Source: Octopus sinensis (lineage: Eukaryota). From it: a stretch of 38,036 bases of DNA. A program made the position numbers and the translations under genes. The stretch's first letter is position 1, and each line of letters opens with the position of its first letter. The notes below the pieces were generated by a model. The model searched no databases and was not told the DNA's origin. It was given only the letters and a program-made list of their open reading frames with translations. Positions 1 to 11,270 of the stretch are shown here, one piece after another. Location of the stretch: contig NW_021835830.1 of NCBI RefSeq assembly GCF_006345805.1, positions 1 to 38,036 of the forward strand, read 5' to 3'.

Positions 1-265
1 ATCTCAGAGGATTTTGCAGGTCTCCGACTTCGCCACACTCTGTGTTTTGTGCTCATAGCACGTCTTGCCTCTCTCTGGTCCTCACTTTTCGTACAGTTTC
101 CAATGTAGCACTTTCGCTACTTGGTTGTGTCGCTACAACTTGTAGTGGTTTTGGACAAGTCTAGGGCATTCTTACGCGAAATGGGCAATAGCTTGATCCA
201 TTCTATTACATGTATTACAGATGCGGAAAAATGGAGACACTTGTTTATTCCTAAGGTTGACCCTC
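1..265 (-). mobile_element. R4/Dong-clade (restriction-like endonuclease) LINE relic, zinc-knuckle to pre-RLE region, cut by window edge
   Basis: Manual minus-strand translation in one frame: SPFFRICNTCNRMDQAIAHFA*ECPRLVQNHYKL*RHNQVAKVLHWKLYEK*GPERGKTCYEHKTQSVAKSETCKIL*D. This matches the C..C...H...C / RH(D/N) / HWKL / ILWD pattern of RLE LINEs, with stops at expected Trp codons. Confidence 0.8.
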
Positions 266-271
266 CAATAA

Positions 272-319
272 TAGTTGTTGTTGTTGTCGTCGTTGTTATT
301 GTTGTTGTTGTTATTATTA

Positions 320-357
<38 letters not shown>

Positions 358-408
358 TATTATTATTATTTATTATTATTATGATTATTATTATTATTTA
401 TTATTATA

Positions 409-441
<33 letters not shown>

Positions 442-448
442 TCATCAC

Positions 449-479
<31 letters not shown>

Positions 480-485
480 TTATTA

Positions 486-519
<34 letters not shown>
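272..519. repeat. (GTT)n/(ATT)n microsatellite between two R4/Dong relics
   Basis: Direct reading. Confidence 0.97.
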
Positions 520-522
<3 letters not shown>

Positions 523-1135
523 TAGTTTTATTTTATAGCGTGTTTTCACTTCACTACCGAGCGCAGCTATGTGTGCCTTGGGTATGTGCTGTGATTTGTT
601 GTGATGCTCTGATGGTTATTGTATGGAAAGTGTTCTGCGAGGATGTGTGCAGTGCCTAGTAGTGCAATTTTCTGTATGTTATAGTGTTTGTAAGTCCTGG
701 TGTTTTTGTTATGTACTTGTCTGAATATTTTCTTATCATGTCTAATGCACCTACTATGATAGGAATTGTTTTCTGTTTTTAGATTCCACATCTGGTTACC
801 TCTATTTCCAGGTGTTTGTTTTTGAGAGTTTCTCCATTTCTTTTAGAGACACGTTGTCATCAGCCGGTATTGATACATCAATTAGAAAGTTTTTTTTTTC
901 TTCATGATCTCTGACAACTATATCTGGTCTGTTGGCCTTATTTCTCTATCTGTGTGTATCGGCATATCCCAGAGTATGGTTGCTTTCTCGTTTTCTTCTG
1001 ACCTTTTCTGGTGTGTGCCTATACCATCTTTTTTCTGTTGTTATCCATAATGTTGCATAGCTTCCAATGTATGTAGGTTCCACTCTGTCATGTCTGTGAA
1101 TATATTCCTTCTTAGCCAGAACTGGGCAGCTATAG
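520..1135 (-). mobile_element. 5'-truncated R4/Dong LINE 3' end (RLE domain plus 3' UTR) flanked by (TAA)n on both sides
   Basis: With frameshifts: SCPVLAKKEYIHRHDRV..HWKL..WYRHTPEKV..ILWDMPIHTDREI.ANRPDIVVRDHEEK..LIDVSIPADDNVSLKEMEKLSK..LEIEVTRMWNLK..IQKIALLGTAHIL. This is a PD..D..K type RLE. Confidence 0.9.
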
Positions 1136-1252
1136 ATTATTATTATTATTATTATTATTATTTTATTATAATTAATTATTATTATTATTATTATGTTATT
1201 AATATATTATTATTATTATTATTATTATTATCGTTATTATTTATTATTATTG
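1136..1252. repeat. (ATT)n microsatellite
   Basis: Direct reading. Confidence 0.95.
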
Positions 1253-1321
1253 CAGAAGATATTTTAGTACTTGTAGTGGTCACAGTGTAGATGCTACACC
1301 GTTTTTGTCCGCCCATCAATT

Positions 1322-1369
1322 CATCCACCCATCCATCCATCCATCCATCCATCCATCCATCCATCCATC
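1322..1369. repeat. (CATC)n microsatellite
   Basis: Direct reading. Confidence 0.95.
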
Positions 1370-2436
1370 TTGTTGGCGTCGTTGTTGCTGTAGCTGTTGT
1401 CTTGTTACATTCCTTACCATCACAGCCGTTGATTACATTGTTGTCGTTGCTCCTGTTGTCTTTGGTTTTTATTGTTGCTATTGCTCTTTATATATTCTTT
1501 GTTCACTTAGTTTGTACTCTTTTTTTTTGCCTTGCTATTTCTGTTGTCATTGTCGTTATTGTTATTCTCTTCGTGGTTTCAATTGTTTCTGTATACAAGA
1601 TGAGGTAACCTCATGGCCAATGTCGGACAAACGTCAAGACATTTAAAAATAGAATAAAGGAACGAAACAATAAAAATTACAAAAGTATAGTAAAAAACCG
1701 TAAAACAAAATAAAAACAGATAAAAACAAGCAAAAACTTACAACGTACATATACAGTTTTGTATATATCAAAATGCATAAGTTGATATGAAAAAGAAAAG
1801 CGGCGTGGCAAAATTCCAAAGACGCCATATTAAATTCATTATAGATTGAAATTTCATCTCAATTTTTCGGAGTTCAAAATAAATCAATAATATAAAACTA
1901 AAAGAATATTGATCCGTGTGTTTGTATTTATGCTTGCGTGTGTGTCTGTGTGTGTATGTGTATGTGTGTGATTGTGTCTGTGTGCTTGTTTGCTTGTGTG
2001 TGTGTATGTATTTGTGTTTGTGTGTGTGTTTTTTTACGCTCATGTGTGACACATTAAATTTTTTTTTTGCTCTGTTATTTGCCCATAACGCAATTACAGG
2101 ACCATCGTATGTCATTCTGTCAAGAATGATCTTAACACAATGTGCTACGCTAAGTAGAATGACACACTGCTATAAATAACAGTTCACCAACCCTGGACAT
2201 TGTACATATTAATATCTTCTACCAAGCAAAACTATTTTTAAAAATTGCTAAGAAAACTATACAGAAAGAAATGTTTAAAATTTACTATCTAAGAAATTAT
2301 ATATATTATATATATATATCGAATATTGGTCCTTTTCCATACCGAAATACTACTAGGTGAAATTTGTTGATTTTATTAAATTAATTATCTTCCACCCTAT
2401 ATCTGTAATAAAGTATATATATATATATATATATAC

Positions 2437-2490
2437 ACTAGCAGTATCACTCGGTGTTGCTCGGGTTTGTTTCGACCCTTTAGAATTTTG
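2437..2490 (+). mobile_element. Possible Helitron/Helentron-like element terminus next to (TA)n
   Basis: ACTAGCAGTATCACTCGGTGTTGCTCGGG (CTAG followed by an imperfect GC hairpin) resembles ends of invertebrate non-autonomous rolling-circle elements; other end not found. Confidence 0.3.
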
Positions 2491-2648
2491 CATTATGTAG
2501 CTTGTTATTCTCTTTAAGTGAACATATTTCTGGTTGAAATACACCGAAAAATGCCGACACAGCAGTCAAAAAGGTGGTGACCACAGGTTTATCCAACACT
2601 ATCAGGGTGCATATCATTTAAGTACCCGATTCTATCAAGTATCCTTAT

Positions 2649-2649
2649 T

Positions 2650-2706
<57 letters not shown>
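2649..2706. repeat. (ACT)n microsatellite
   Basis: Direct reading. Confidence 0.97.
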
Positions 2707-2708
<2 letters not shown>

Positions 2709-3299
2709 TAACTGGAACGCATTCTGCAGAAGGGGACGATGAAATAGTCACCCGTATTATTGATTGGTGACTATTTTATGAAATCCAGAAAGACGAATCT
2801 TCGAAGAAATCCGAGCGAAGGTCAGCAGAATTTTCTACAAGGTCGGTAGATATAGCAACATGAAAAAAAAAAAAAAGAAAAGAAAAAAGAAAAAAAGAAA
2901 TCCATCTGCATGAAATCCTTATATTCCCTCTGAAAATGGAACGAAAGGATATTTAAGATAATGTATTCTTTAGTCACGGGTGTATCTAAATAGACGGAAG
3001 CATGTTTCAAGGCTAGAACAGCTTTGATCATATATTTCATCGATAAGAACGGAAATGACTTGAAGCTAAACAACGTCGACGTCGACGACCACTTCATTAT
3101 CAACAACACAACAACAAAAACAACAGCAGCAGCAACAACAACAACAACAACAACAACCAGAATGAAAACGATGACGATGCCAGTAACGTCAATGATTACA
3201 ACAGCAACAATGTCAGGAACAATAGCGACTTCAGAAACGCAGAAGTGAATTCAAAGATATCTCTTTTCAGAACTTTAAAAGCTAAATAATGCAAGGTCA

Positions 3300-3700
3300 T
3301 CCGTTCATCCTTCCACCCAGCGAATTCGTCCCTCCATGCACCCACCCACTCATCCATCCATCCATCCTCCCATCCATCCATCCACACACTCTTCCATCCA
3401 CCCATCCATCCACCCATCCATCCATCCATCCATCCATCCATCAACCCATCCCTCGCGCCCTCTCTCCCTCCCTCCATCCGACCACCAACCCAAACACCCA
3501 CCCAAACCCATCCATCCATCCATTCATCCATCCATCCATCCATCCATCCAACCATCCATCCATTCATCCATCCTTTTTTCCATACATCAATCTACCCACC
3601 CATCCACCTACCCATCCATCCATCCATCCATCCATCCATCCATCCATCCATCCATCCCGCTCTCCCTCCGTCCCGCCCTCCCTCTCCCCACCCATCCATC
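3300..3700. repeat. Degenerate (CATC)n tract
   Basis: Direct reading; explains the HPSI/MDGW ORFs. Confidence 0.95.
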
Positions 3701-4074
3701 GACTCGCTAATCCCATAATCTCATAATCGTTATTTTTTCTGAAGATTTTGTCACAAGGGCAAACATTATAATTTCTACATTAATTGTCTTATCATTAAAT
3801 ATAATTACATGAGTTGGAAATTATATTATTACTAAATCAGATTAATTAATACAAGAACTATGTTCTCACTAATTGCTTCTAATATAGGCACAAGGCCAAC
3901 AGTTTTAGTGGGGGATGGGGGTTAATTGATTACATCGATCACTGTACGTGTGTTGGTCTGGTGCAACAGGTCCCACGGCCCAAATATTGAAAGACAACAG
4001 AGTGGGATTGGCTCTGCATAAAACCATGCCACTATAATAATTATTTCAAATTTTTGCGGCAAGCAGCTTGGGGC

Positions 4075-4195
4075 AAGGTGGGGATGAGTCGATTGCATCG
4101 ACCCCAGTGTTCAACTGGTACTTATTTTATCGACACCGAAAGGATGAAAGACTAAGTCGACTTCAGCGGAATTTGAACGCAGAACGTAGCGACGT
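4075..4195 (-). mobile_element. SINE family A fragment
   Basis: Reverse complement of the core GAGGTCGACTTTGCCTTTCATCCTTTCGGGGTCGAT..AAGTACCAG. Confidence 0.8.
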
Positions 4196-4223
4196 CATGC
4201 TACTATAATAATATTCTTTTCTT

Positions 4224-4627
4224 AGGCGGCGAGCTGGCAGAAACGTGAGCACGCTGGGCGAAATGCATAGCTGTATTTCGTCTGCCGTTACGTTCTGAGT
4301 TCAAATTCCGCCGAGGTCCACTTTGCCTTTCATCCTTTCGAGGTAGATAAATTATGTACCAGTTACGCACTGGGGTCGATGTAATCGACTGAATCCGTTT
4401 GTCTGTCCTTGTTTGTCCTCTCTGTGTTTAGTCCCTTGTGGGTAGTAAAGAAATAGGTATTTTGTCTGCCGTTACGTTCTAAGTTTAAACTCCGCCGAGG
4501 TCGACTTTTCCTTTCGGGGTCGATTAAATAAGTACCAGTTACACACTGGGGTCGATCTAATCGACTTAAACCCTTTGTCCTTATTTGTCCCCTCTATGTT
4601 TAGGCCCCTGTGAAAAATAAAGAAATA
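4224..4627 (+). mobile_element. tRNA-derived SINE family A, dimeric (full copy plus 5'-truncated copy)
   Basis: Head AGGCGGCGAGCTGGCAGAAACG (A-box-like), GAGTTCAAATTCC (B-box-like), core and tail GGGTAGTAAAGAAATA; second unit restarts at GTATTT(C)GTCTGCC. Confidence 0.9.
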
Positions 4628-4629
4628 AA

Positions 4630-4698
4630 TATTCTTTTCTACCCTTGGCACAAAGCCCGAAATTTTTGGGGAGGGGGCCAGTCGATTAGATCGATCCC
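4630..4698 (-). mobile_element. SINE family A 3' tail (alternative tail type)
   Basis: Reverse complement of GATCTAATCGACTGGCCCCCTCCCC..TTGTGCC..GTAGAAAAGAATA. Confidence 0.75.
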
Positions 4699-4730
4699 TG
4701 TATGTATGTATGTATGTATGTATGTATGTA

Positions 4731-4761
<31 letters not shown>

Positions 4762-4771
4762 TTTGTGGCGT

Positions 4772-4832
4772 ATAGTGAGAATTTACGAGAAAGCAAAAGA
4801 CGAAGACGGGTGTGTAAACAACAAACAGGGGA
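4772..4832 (+). repeat. Short interspersed repeat fragment related to 30914-31085
   Basis: GAATTTACGAGAAAGCAAAAGACGAAGACGGGTGTGTAAACAACAAACAGG resembles GAAATTTACAGAAAAACAAAAGACGAGGAGAGGTGTATGGACAACAGG. Confidence 0.5.
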
Positions 4833-4842
4833 TAAACAAGTG

Positions 4843-5478
4843 TCATTTTTCTGTATAATCTCCTTCCTTTTCGATGCACTTGGTCCAGTGGTCCACAAGT
4901 TTCGGTATTCCCTCCAAGAAGGTTTTCGGTTGGTCGTGCAGCCATTTGTGCACCGGTTCCTTCACATCTTCATCCACAGGAAGCCGACGACTTCGTAAAC
5001 CATCTCTGAGCGGTCCAAAGATAAGATAGTCGGGAGGAGCGAGTTCCAGGCTGTAGGCAGGGTGTTTCCTGCACCTCAAAACCCAATTGGTTAATGGTTT
5101 CAACGGTTTGGGAAGTCGTGTGTGGGCGTGCATTGTCATGCAACAACAAAACTTTCTTTGACAATAGGCTTCGGCGTTTGGTGTGAATTATTGGCTTCAG
5201 TTTGTTGGCCAGCAAATCACAGTATCTTGCACTGTTGATCATACACTTCTTTTCCAGAAATCAGATCACTGATCTTTGTTTTTCTTTGGTGTACATTGCT
5301 AGTGGAGCTGCCATGCTTACACCGTAAAGCCAGAAAGAAAAATGGTGCGATCTTGCTCAAATTTCGATCACGTGACAATAATAGTACCAACTGTAAGTAC
5401 GCATGCACAGAAGGTAGTGTGATAATAATAAAGATATGTTATGGTGAAAGTGCGGATAATTTTTGGCTTCCCCTCGTA
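4843..5478 (-). mobile_element. Internally deleted mariner transposon (5' TIR ~5447-5476 with TA; N-terminal stub fused to the C-terminal catalytic half)
   Basis: ATG at 5314: MAAPLAMYTKEKQRSVI*FL joined to EKKCMINSARYCDLL..LLLHDNARPH..HPAYSLELAPPDYLIFGPLRDGLR..WTKCIEKEGDYTEK; TIR TACGAGGGGAAGCCAAAAATTATCCGCACTTT. Confidence 0.92.
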
Positions 5479-5502
5479 TATGTATATGTATGTATATATA
5501 TA

Positions 5503-5806
5503 TCACCGTCACCGTTACCGACCAGGCTATCAGATGTCGCTACACATCGCTGATCACAATGCGATTCGCATTGTTTTAGCCTTCAAATGACGCCACCCCG
5601 CTGGCTAAGCCAGCAGGCCAATAGTAGAAAGAGTGAAAGAAAGTTGTGGCGAAAGAGTACGGCAGGGATCGCCACCCCGCCTGCCGGAGCCTCGTGGAAC
5701 TTTAGGTGTTTTCGCTCAATAAACACCCACAACGCCCGGTCTGGGAATCGAAACCGCGATCCTCAACAGCGAGTCCGCTGCCGTAACCACTGGGCCATTG
5801 CGCCTC

Positions 5807-5810
<4 letters not shown>
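5503..5810 (-). mobile_element. tRNA-derived SINE family C
   Basis: Minus head GTGGAGGCGCAATGGCCCAGTGGTTA..GGTTTCGATTCCC (A and B boxes); body shared with 13884-14140 and 29627-29925. Confidence 0.85.
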
Positions 5811-5853
<43 letters not shown>

Positions 5854-5857
5854 GTGT

Positions 5858-6500
5858 AAAGGTAAGATCCAAGGGTCAAGGTGTAGGTAGTTAGGGAGTT
5901 TCAAACAATCCGTAGAAGCATTTCGATCGAATCCCCGACGAGTTCACACAGGATATCCCAAAGACAGTGTAAACTTCATATAATCAAGGATCCTTGGCCT
6001 GAAGAGTAGCTTGCGGTCCACTTCACGTTTGGACAATTTACTACCTACGAGATTCCGCTAGCTTTGAAACATATGTAGCCTGTATTTTATCTATTCCATT
6101 CCCTAATTTTGGGATATACCCATCTCTCCTCCTTCCACGTGATCAGTGTCCAGCCAGCCATGATCTTTCTTGGCCTGACTACTGACCGCCAACACCTCTT
6201 ATGTCCATCTCATGTGTTCCTGCCTTTAGGCTTTCACTTCATACACACCAGCCCAATTTGATTTGTTCTCAGTCGAAAGACTCCTGTTGTTATTTTCTTG
6301 CTGTTTGTATTCGTGATTGTGTACCATGTTCTCCGTTTTTGTCTTGCCGTACACATTCGCTAGCTTTTTTACAAAGGGGTCTAATGCTCTTAGCTTAGAC
6401 TTTTTTGGGGCAACCAGATCGAACTGTCTCAAGTGTAACTGCCCGAAACGGCCGTGACTTCTGGTACTTGACTGAGGATAGAAAGCCACGAATGACACGT
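5858..6500 (-). mobile_element. Highly degenerate RTE-type LINE 3' end
   Basis: Minus reading NWAG..HMRWT*EVL..RPRK..W resembles the RTE C-terminal WAGH..R..RW..W.P..KR..GRP..RW motif; ends at a CA microsatellite. Confidence 0.4.
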
Positions 6501-6603
6501 CTTTTTTTGCCTGTCCTTCTAATTGTTGTTTCTCATGTCCGCCTTTGGATCGTCTGTCTGTCCGAATGATTTAATGTCCCCTATTGCGTGTTTGTTCAGC
6601 TTT

Positions 6604-6800
6604 TATATATACATACATGCATACATACATACATACATAGATACATACATACATAGATACATAGATACATACATACATACATACATATATATATATACAT
6701 AGATACATAGATACATACATACATACATACATACATACATACATACATACATACACACGTACATACACACATACACACACACACACACACGCATATATAT
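6604..6800. repeat. (CATA)n/(CA)n compound microsatellite
   Basis: Direct reading. Confidence 0.95.
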
Positions 6801-7571
6801 ATAATATGATACATAGATGGCAATATGATACATAGATGGTAAAAATGTAGAAACTATATTTCTGGTTCAAAATAGAAAAAATGTTAAACTTAATTATTGT
6901 TAAATTATCACTAATTCAAATTTAATAATGCTGAAACTAAATTAACTAATTTGTTATACTTCGATAGTATCGCCACTTCCTTTTTGTTCTTCCTCCTTTT
7001 ATCTGTAATAAAACACATTCGCTGTCGTCAGCTTTCTTTCATCTTCACTCCTCCCTCTCTCTTCTGTCTGGCTGATCTTGGCACTGTGGTCTCTTTTCTC
7101 TCTCAACTTCTTGACTGTTTTCTCTGAATAAAGTGATTCACTTAGACACACACACACACACAAACACGCGTTCACACGCACACTCACAGACACACATGAA
7201 CGCACACACACGCGTGCACGCAAACACAAAATCGTGCACACAAACGTACACTCTCATACACGAATTTACATATAGCCATACAGTTACCACAAGAATTGAT
7301 CCACCGATATAATGTATGGTAACAAGGCAAACGAGAAAACTTCTTCACGCTTCTTCAGTCGATCTGCTAGAAATAGCAACCAAATGCCTATTTCAAATCA
7401 CCCCCCACCTCAATATCGACTTACATGAACAACAATAAACTGCAAAATATAGATGTAGGTTCAGAAACGGTTGAATGGTAACTGTGAGATCATAAGTTTT
7501 CTGAATCGGTGCTGGTCAAATGGTTTAATTCGTCGCCCCGTTTTGTATTACCAGCTGGCTCTCGGGTGCCT

Positions 7572-7656
7572 TTAGCGGAGTTTGCTCCGTTGCAAGCATT
7601 CGAGTGAAGTTTCCGTTTTGGGGATAACATCCTTCATCTCACCAATCTCGGAAGGC
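7572..7656 (-). other. Candidate coding exon, unknown product (..PSEIGEMKDVIPKTETSLECLQRSKLR*)
   Basis: Minus-strand acceptor CCTATTTTTTTCAG|G in non-repetitive DNA; no homology recognised. Confidence 0.25.
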
Positions 7657-8194
7657 CTGAAAAAAATAGGTAAAAAATCACCTGTAAAAACGTCAACAAT
7701 AATAACAAACAAACGACAAACCAGAATAGCGATCAACACTTTTCTCCGAAGTGTTCGATTATTTCCGTTCGAATATTTAATAAAGGGAATCTTTTCCGAA
7801 ACATAATCGACGACATTAGTCAGCCTTTGCGAGGTAATGCCTTCCTGTTTGTTTTCATTGATATTATAATACATATTTTTCGTAACTTATCTACATTACT
7901 CAAACGTATTTAAATATTCAAAAATATGAATAACATCAAATAGCTTTTAAGTCCTTATATAGGCACAGGGGCTGTGATATGTAAAACAAACGGGTACGAA
8001 TAAGAGAGCGGTTTATGAACATTTTAAAGAACAGAGATGACGTAAATGAGTGAAAAACAGGAACTTAATATTTTGATGCCGCAACGAACATCAAAAGGAT
8101 TTGTGAAAAAGAAAACAAAAAACAAAACAAACTAAAATTTATTAGTTTCTTATTCACACTTTCATATTAACCACGTCTGTCTGCCTACCTACCA

Positions 8195-8329
<135 letters not shown>

Positions 8330-8439
8330 ATTATTCAGTTTATTTCAAGATTTCTTGCCAGTAGAGAAAGAACCGGTTTCAAACTGGATCGGGGGTTCCT
8401 TCATTGGAATGTCAACATCAACAACAGGGTATTCTTTTG

Positions 8440-8799
8440 TGTATGTATGTATGTATGTATGTATGTATGTATGTATGTATGTATGTATGTATGTATGTAT
8501 GTATGTATGTAGATCTTTAGCTGGGCTAAAAAGTCACATTCGATCACAGCACCAGTAACAGTTAAGCTTTGTGCAATGGCCATACTCGATAACGATGGAG
8601 CAGCCATAAATGTATGTATGTATGTATGTATTTATGTATGTATGTGTGTGTGTGTATGCATGCATTTCTGTATGTATGCATATATGTACGTATGTTTGTA
8701 TGCACGTTTGTATGTACGTATGTGTGTGTATGCATGTGTGTACGTATGTATGTGTGTATGCACTGTGAATGTGTGTACATGTATGAGTATACAAGCATT

Positions 8800-8872
<73 letters not shown>

Positions 8873-8995
8873 TCATGTATGTACGTGTGTATGTATGCAT
8901 GTATAATCGTATGTATGTATGAATGTATGCCCATACAGACATATATGTATGTATATCGCCAACATTTTCCAATCCTTCCTCTTCTACTACTACTG

Positions 8996-9036
<41 letters not shown>
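8440..9036. repeat. Compound (GTAT)n/(CT)n/(TA)n/(ACT)n region with a tiny RTE-like C-terminal remnant ([15 protein letters not shown], ~8508-8555)
   Basis: Direct reading; the remnant resembles the RTE terminal C..S.AGL.SH.R motif (weak). Confidence 0.85.
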
Positions 9037-9037
<1 letters not shown>

Positions 9038-9387
9038 TGCTTCATGACGGGGGGAAAATTTAATTGTACATTAGTAAGACAAGTGGACTCGGAAGGGAAG
9101 TGAGGAGAGGAGAGGAGTTAATACTTTGAGAATGCAAATCTTTTCCATTGTAAAGTCTTAACGTGAGGAGATGAAAGGACATACGTGAGAACGCATTAGA
9201 ATTGGTGATTTAAATTCTTTTGTAAAATTGGTAAGTACTAATGGCTTTCTGTGTGATTGACCTTCACTGGACAGGGATATGACTAGGGATTTTATGATTA
9301 ACGATTGATCGAAATGAGAGCAGTTTGAAATAAAAATAGAAAAAAGATGTATAATTGAAAAAAAATGAGTGTACAAATAAAAATGGA

Positions 9388-9388
<1 letters not shown>

Positions 9389-9443
<55 letters not shown>
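9389..9443. repeat. (AAT)n microsatellite
   Basis: Direct reading. Confidence 0.97.
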
Positions 9444-9444
<1 letters not shown>

Positions 9445-9867
9445 TGCCCTGATGCAGTACCAAACAGTGGCTCTCATGGCTTCTGATCTTAACTGATTGG
9501 AAGTGTTATCATGTACTATGTTTTGTCTTGGTATAAAAGATGAGCTGAAGCAAATATTCTGCTCCATACCACAGATTTGCTTGTCAGTTGTTTGACCTTA
9601 ACCAGTTGAGCATGTCCGTTAGTGGCTGACGATACGTGCATCTCTGATCATGAGCAGAAGTAGTGGGGGAGCATCATAGCCGTGTGTTGAAAGGAATTCC
9701 TAGAAGTTTGGATAATTCACCTTTGGAAACATGGGTAGTTCATTCAACATTCTTAAACGATCCTTATTCAGAGACCTTTTGAGCGGAATGGGCTACTCGA
9801 CCAGAAGAAAATTCTAACTGGGCCCCACCTGCAAGGTCATGCATTGTTTATCTTGATATGAGATCAC
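9444..9867 (+). mobile_element. Unclassified interspersed repeat starting immediately after (AAT)n
   Basis: Non-coding TTGCCCTGATGCAGTACC..GATATGAGATCAC; recalled as a common octopus AAT-associated repeat, not verifiable here. Confidence 0.5.
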
Positions 9868-10230
9868 AAACTATGCTGGATCATAGACATAGTATGTCCA
9901 GCTGACAACAAAATATGCTATAAGGAAGAAAGAAAGGTCGAGAGATATGACAGTTTAGCTTGGGAAGTCAAGCAGTTGTGATCGATGAAAAAAAGGCAGC
10001 AGTAGTTTCAATAACTGTCGGAGCCCTGGGAACAGTGAGCACAAATGTCGAGAAGTACGTGGAACAAATAGGGGCTGCAATAAATGTGGAGCCTTTGCAG
10101 AAAACAACACTGCTTGGTACCGCTCGAATACTCCGAAGGTGCTCGAAAAATAAGAGGTGTTATCTTAGTTTACTGGTGGTGAACAGCTGACACTGTAGTA
10201 CACCTCCAGCGTTAGAAGCTGTGCAAAGGC
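9868..10230 (+). mobile_element. R4/Dong LINE 3' end, second subfamily
   Basis: KLCWIIDIVCPADNKICYKEERKVERYDSLAWEVKQL*SMKK..VVSITVGALGTVSTNVEKYVEQIGAAINVEPLQKTTLLGTARILRR, then UTR and (TAA)n. Confidence 0.88.
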
Positions 10231-10243
10231 AATACTACTAATA

Positions 10244-10301
<58 letters not shown>

Positions 10302-10306
10302 TAATA

Positions 10307-10369
<63 letters not shown>

Positions 10370-10380
10370 TAATAATAATA
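10231..10380. repeat. (TAA)n microsatellite between R4/Dong relics
   Basis: Direct reading. Confidence 0.97.
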
Positions 10381-10384
10381 ACAA

Positions 10385-10822
10385 TATTGACATGAGTATT
10401 CCTTGTGATCACAATATGGCGGCGAAAGAATTTGACAAGATTAGTAAATATAAAGACTTACTCATAGAAATTGAAAAAATGTGGCATCTTAAGGCGACTA
10501 CAGTACCAGTGATTGTATGATCTGTAGGAATGATTAAAGAAGGTTCTGAAACCTATTTGAAAATGATACCAGGCTTACCATCCCTACAAGAAGAAGTGCA
10601 AAAAATTGTGTTAACTGGAACGACTCATGTACTGAGAAGAGCATTATCGCTGTGAAAACAAGATCCATTCATGAATTTATTTATTTATTAATTTTTTAAA
10701 TACATATTTTACCTGTGAATTTGCGTGTGTAATCTGGGAATGCATACAATGAGCTTCTCTGCCCTAGGTGTACGGAAAACACTCGGCGAGAAATGGAAGA
10801 AAATTTGAAGAAAGAAGGAAAG
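10385..10822 (+). mobile_element. R4/Dong LINE 3' end, third subfamily
   Basis: IDMSIPCDHNMAAKEFDKISKYKDLLIEIEKMWHLKATTVPVIV*SVGMIKEGSETYLKMIPGLPSLQEEVQKIVLTGTTHVLRRALSL* (stop 10653-10655), UTR, then (CAA)n(TAA)n. Confidence 0.9.
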
Positions 10823-10852
10823 CAACAACAACAGCAACAACAATAATAATAA

Positions 10853-11067
10853 TCTTTTCTACTATATGCACAAGGCTTGAAATTTTGGAGGAGGGGGCCA
10901 ATCGATTTGATCGACCCCAGTACGCAACTGGTACTTAATTTAACGACCCCGAATGGATGAAAAGTAAAGTTAACCTCGGCGGAATTTGAACTCAGAACGT
11001 AGCGAAGGGTGAAATGCCGCTAAGCACTTCGTCCGGCGCGCTGACGTTTCTGCCAGCGCGCCGCCTT
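10853..11067 (-). mobile_element. SINE family A, full length
   Basis: Head AAGGCGGCGCGCTGGCAGAAACG at 11067, core and alternative tail. Confidence 0.9.
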
Positions 11068-11107
11068 AATAATAATAATAATAATAATAATATAATAATA
11101 ATAATAA

Positions 11108-11270
11108 CTTCATTTATCGGCCACTAAGGCCGACATATAGGGGACAAAATAGTAGATGGGGACAGTGGGGTTTTTACTCAAAACAACGAGTAAACAGTTA
11201 AGAAAATAATAACAAGAAATATTAAACAAGAAAATACAACAATGAGATTTCCCCAATAGAAGACCCTACT
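11108..11270 (-). mobile_element. 3' end of an L1/Tx1-like element followed by (TTA)n
   Basis: Minus ..TGTCCCC..TGTCCCCTATATG-TCGGCC-TTAGT-GGCCGA-TAAATGAAG-(TTA)n; same motif order as the 3' end at 20060-20130. Confidence 0.55.

Noticed and set aside
121-659. Leu/Ile/Tyr-rich ORFs
   Set aside because: Translations of (ATT)n and the antisense of a LINE UTR.
3196-3726. HPSI/MDGW repeat ORFs of 123-145 aa
   Set aside because: (CATC)n microsatellite translations.
4772-4832. Possible 3' TIR of the mariner at 4843-5478
   Set aside because: Matches the start of the unrelated repeat at 30914 better than the TIR.
6960-7130. Purine-rich minus-strand segment after acceptor-like TTTATTCAG (EKTVKKLREKRD..)
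   Set aside because: No convincing donor, stop in frame, and a composition that yields charged peptides by chance.
9040-9300. GGKFNCTL / IGDLNS resembling an APE endonuclease GDFN motif
   Set aside because: Motifs lie in different frames with many stops and no other APE motifs.
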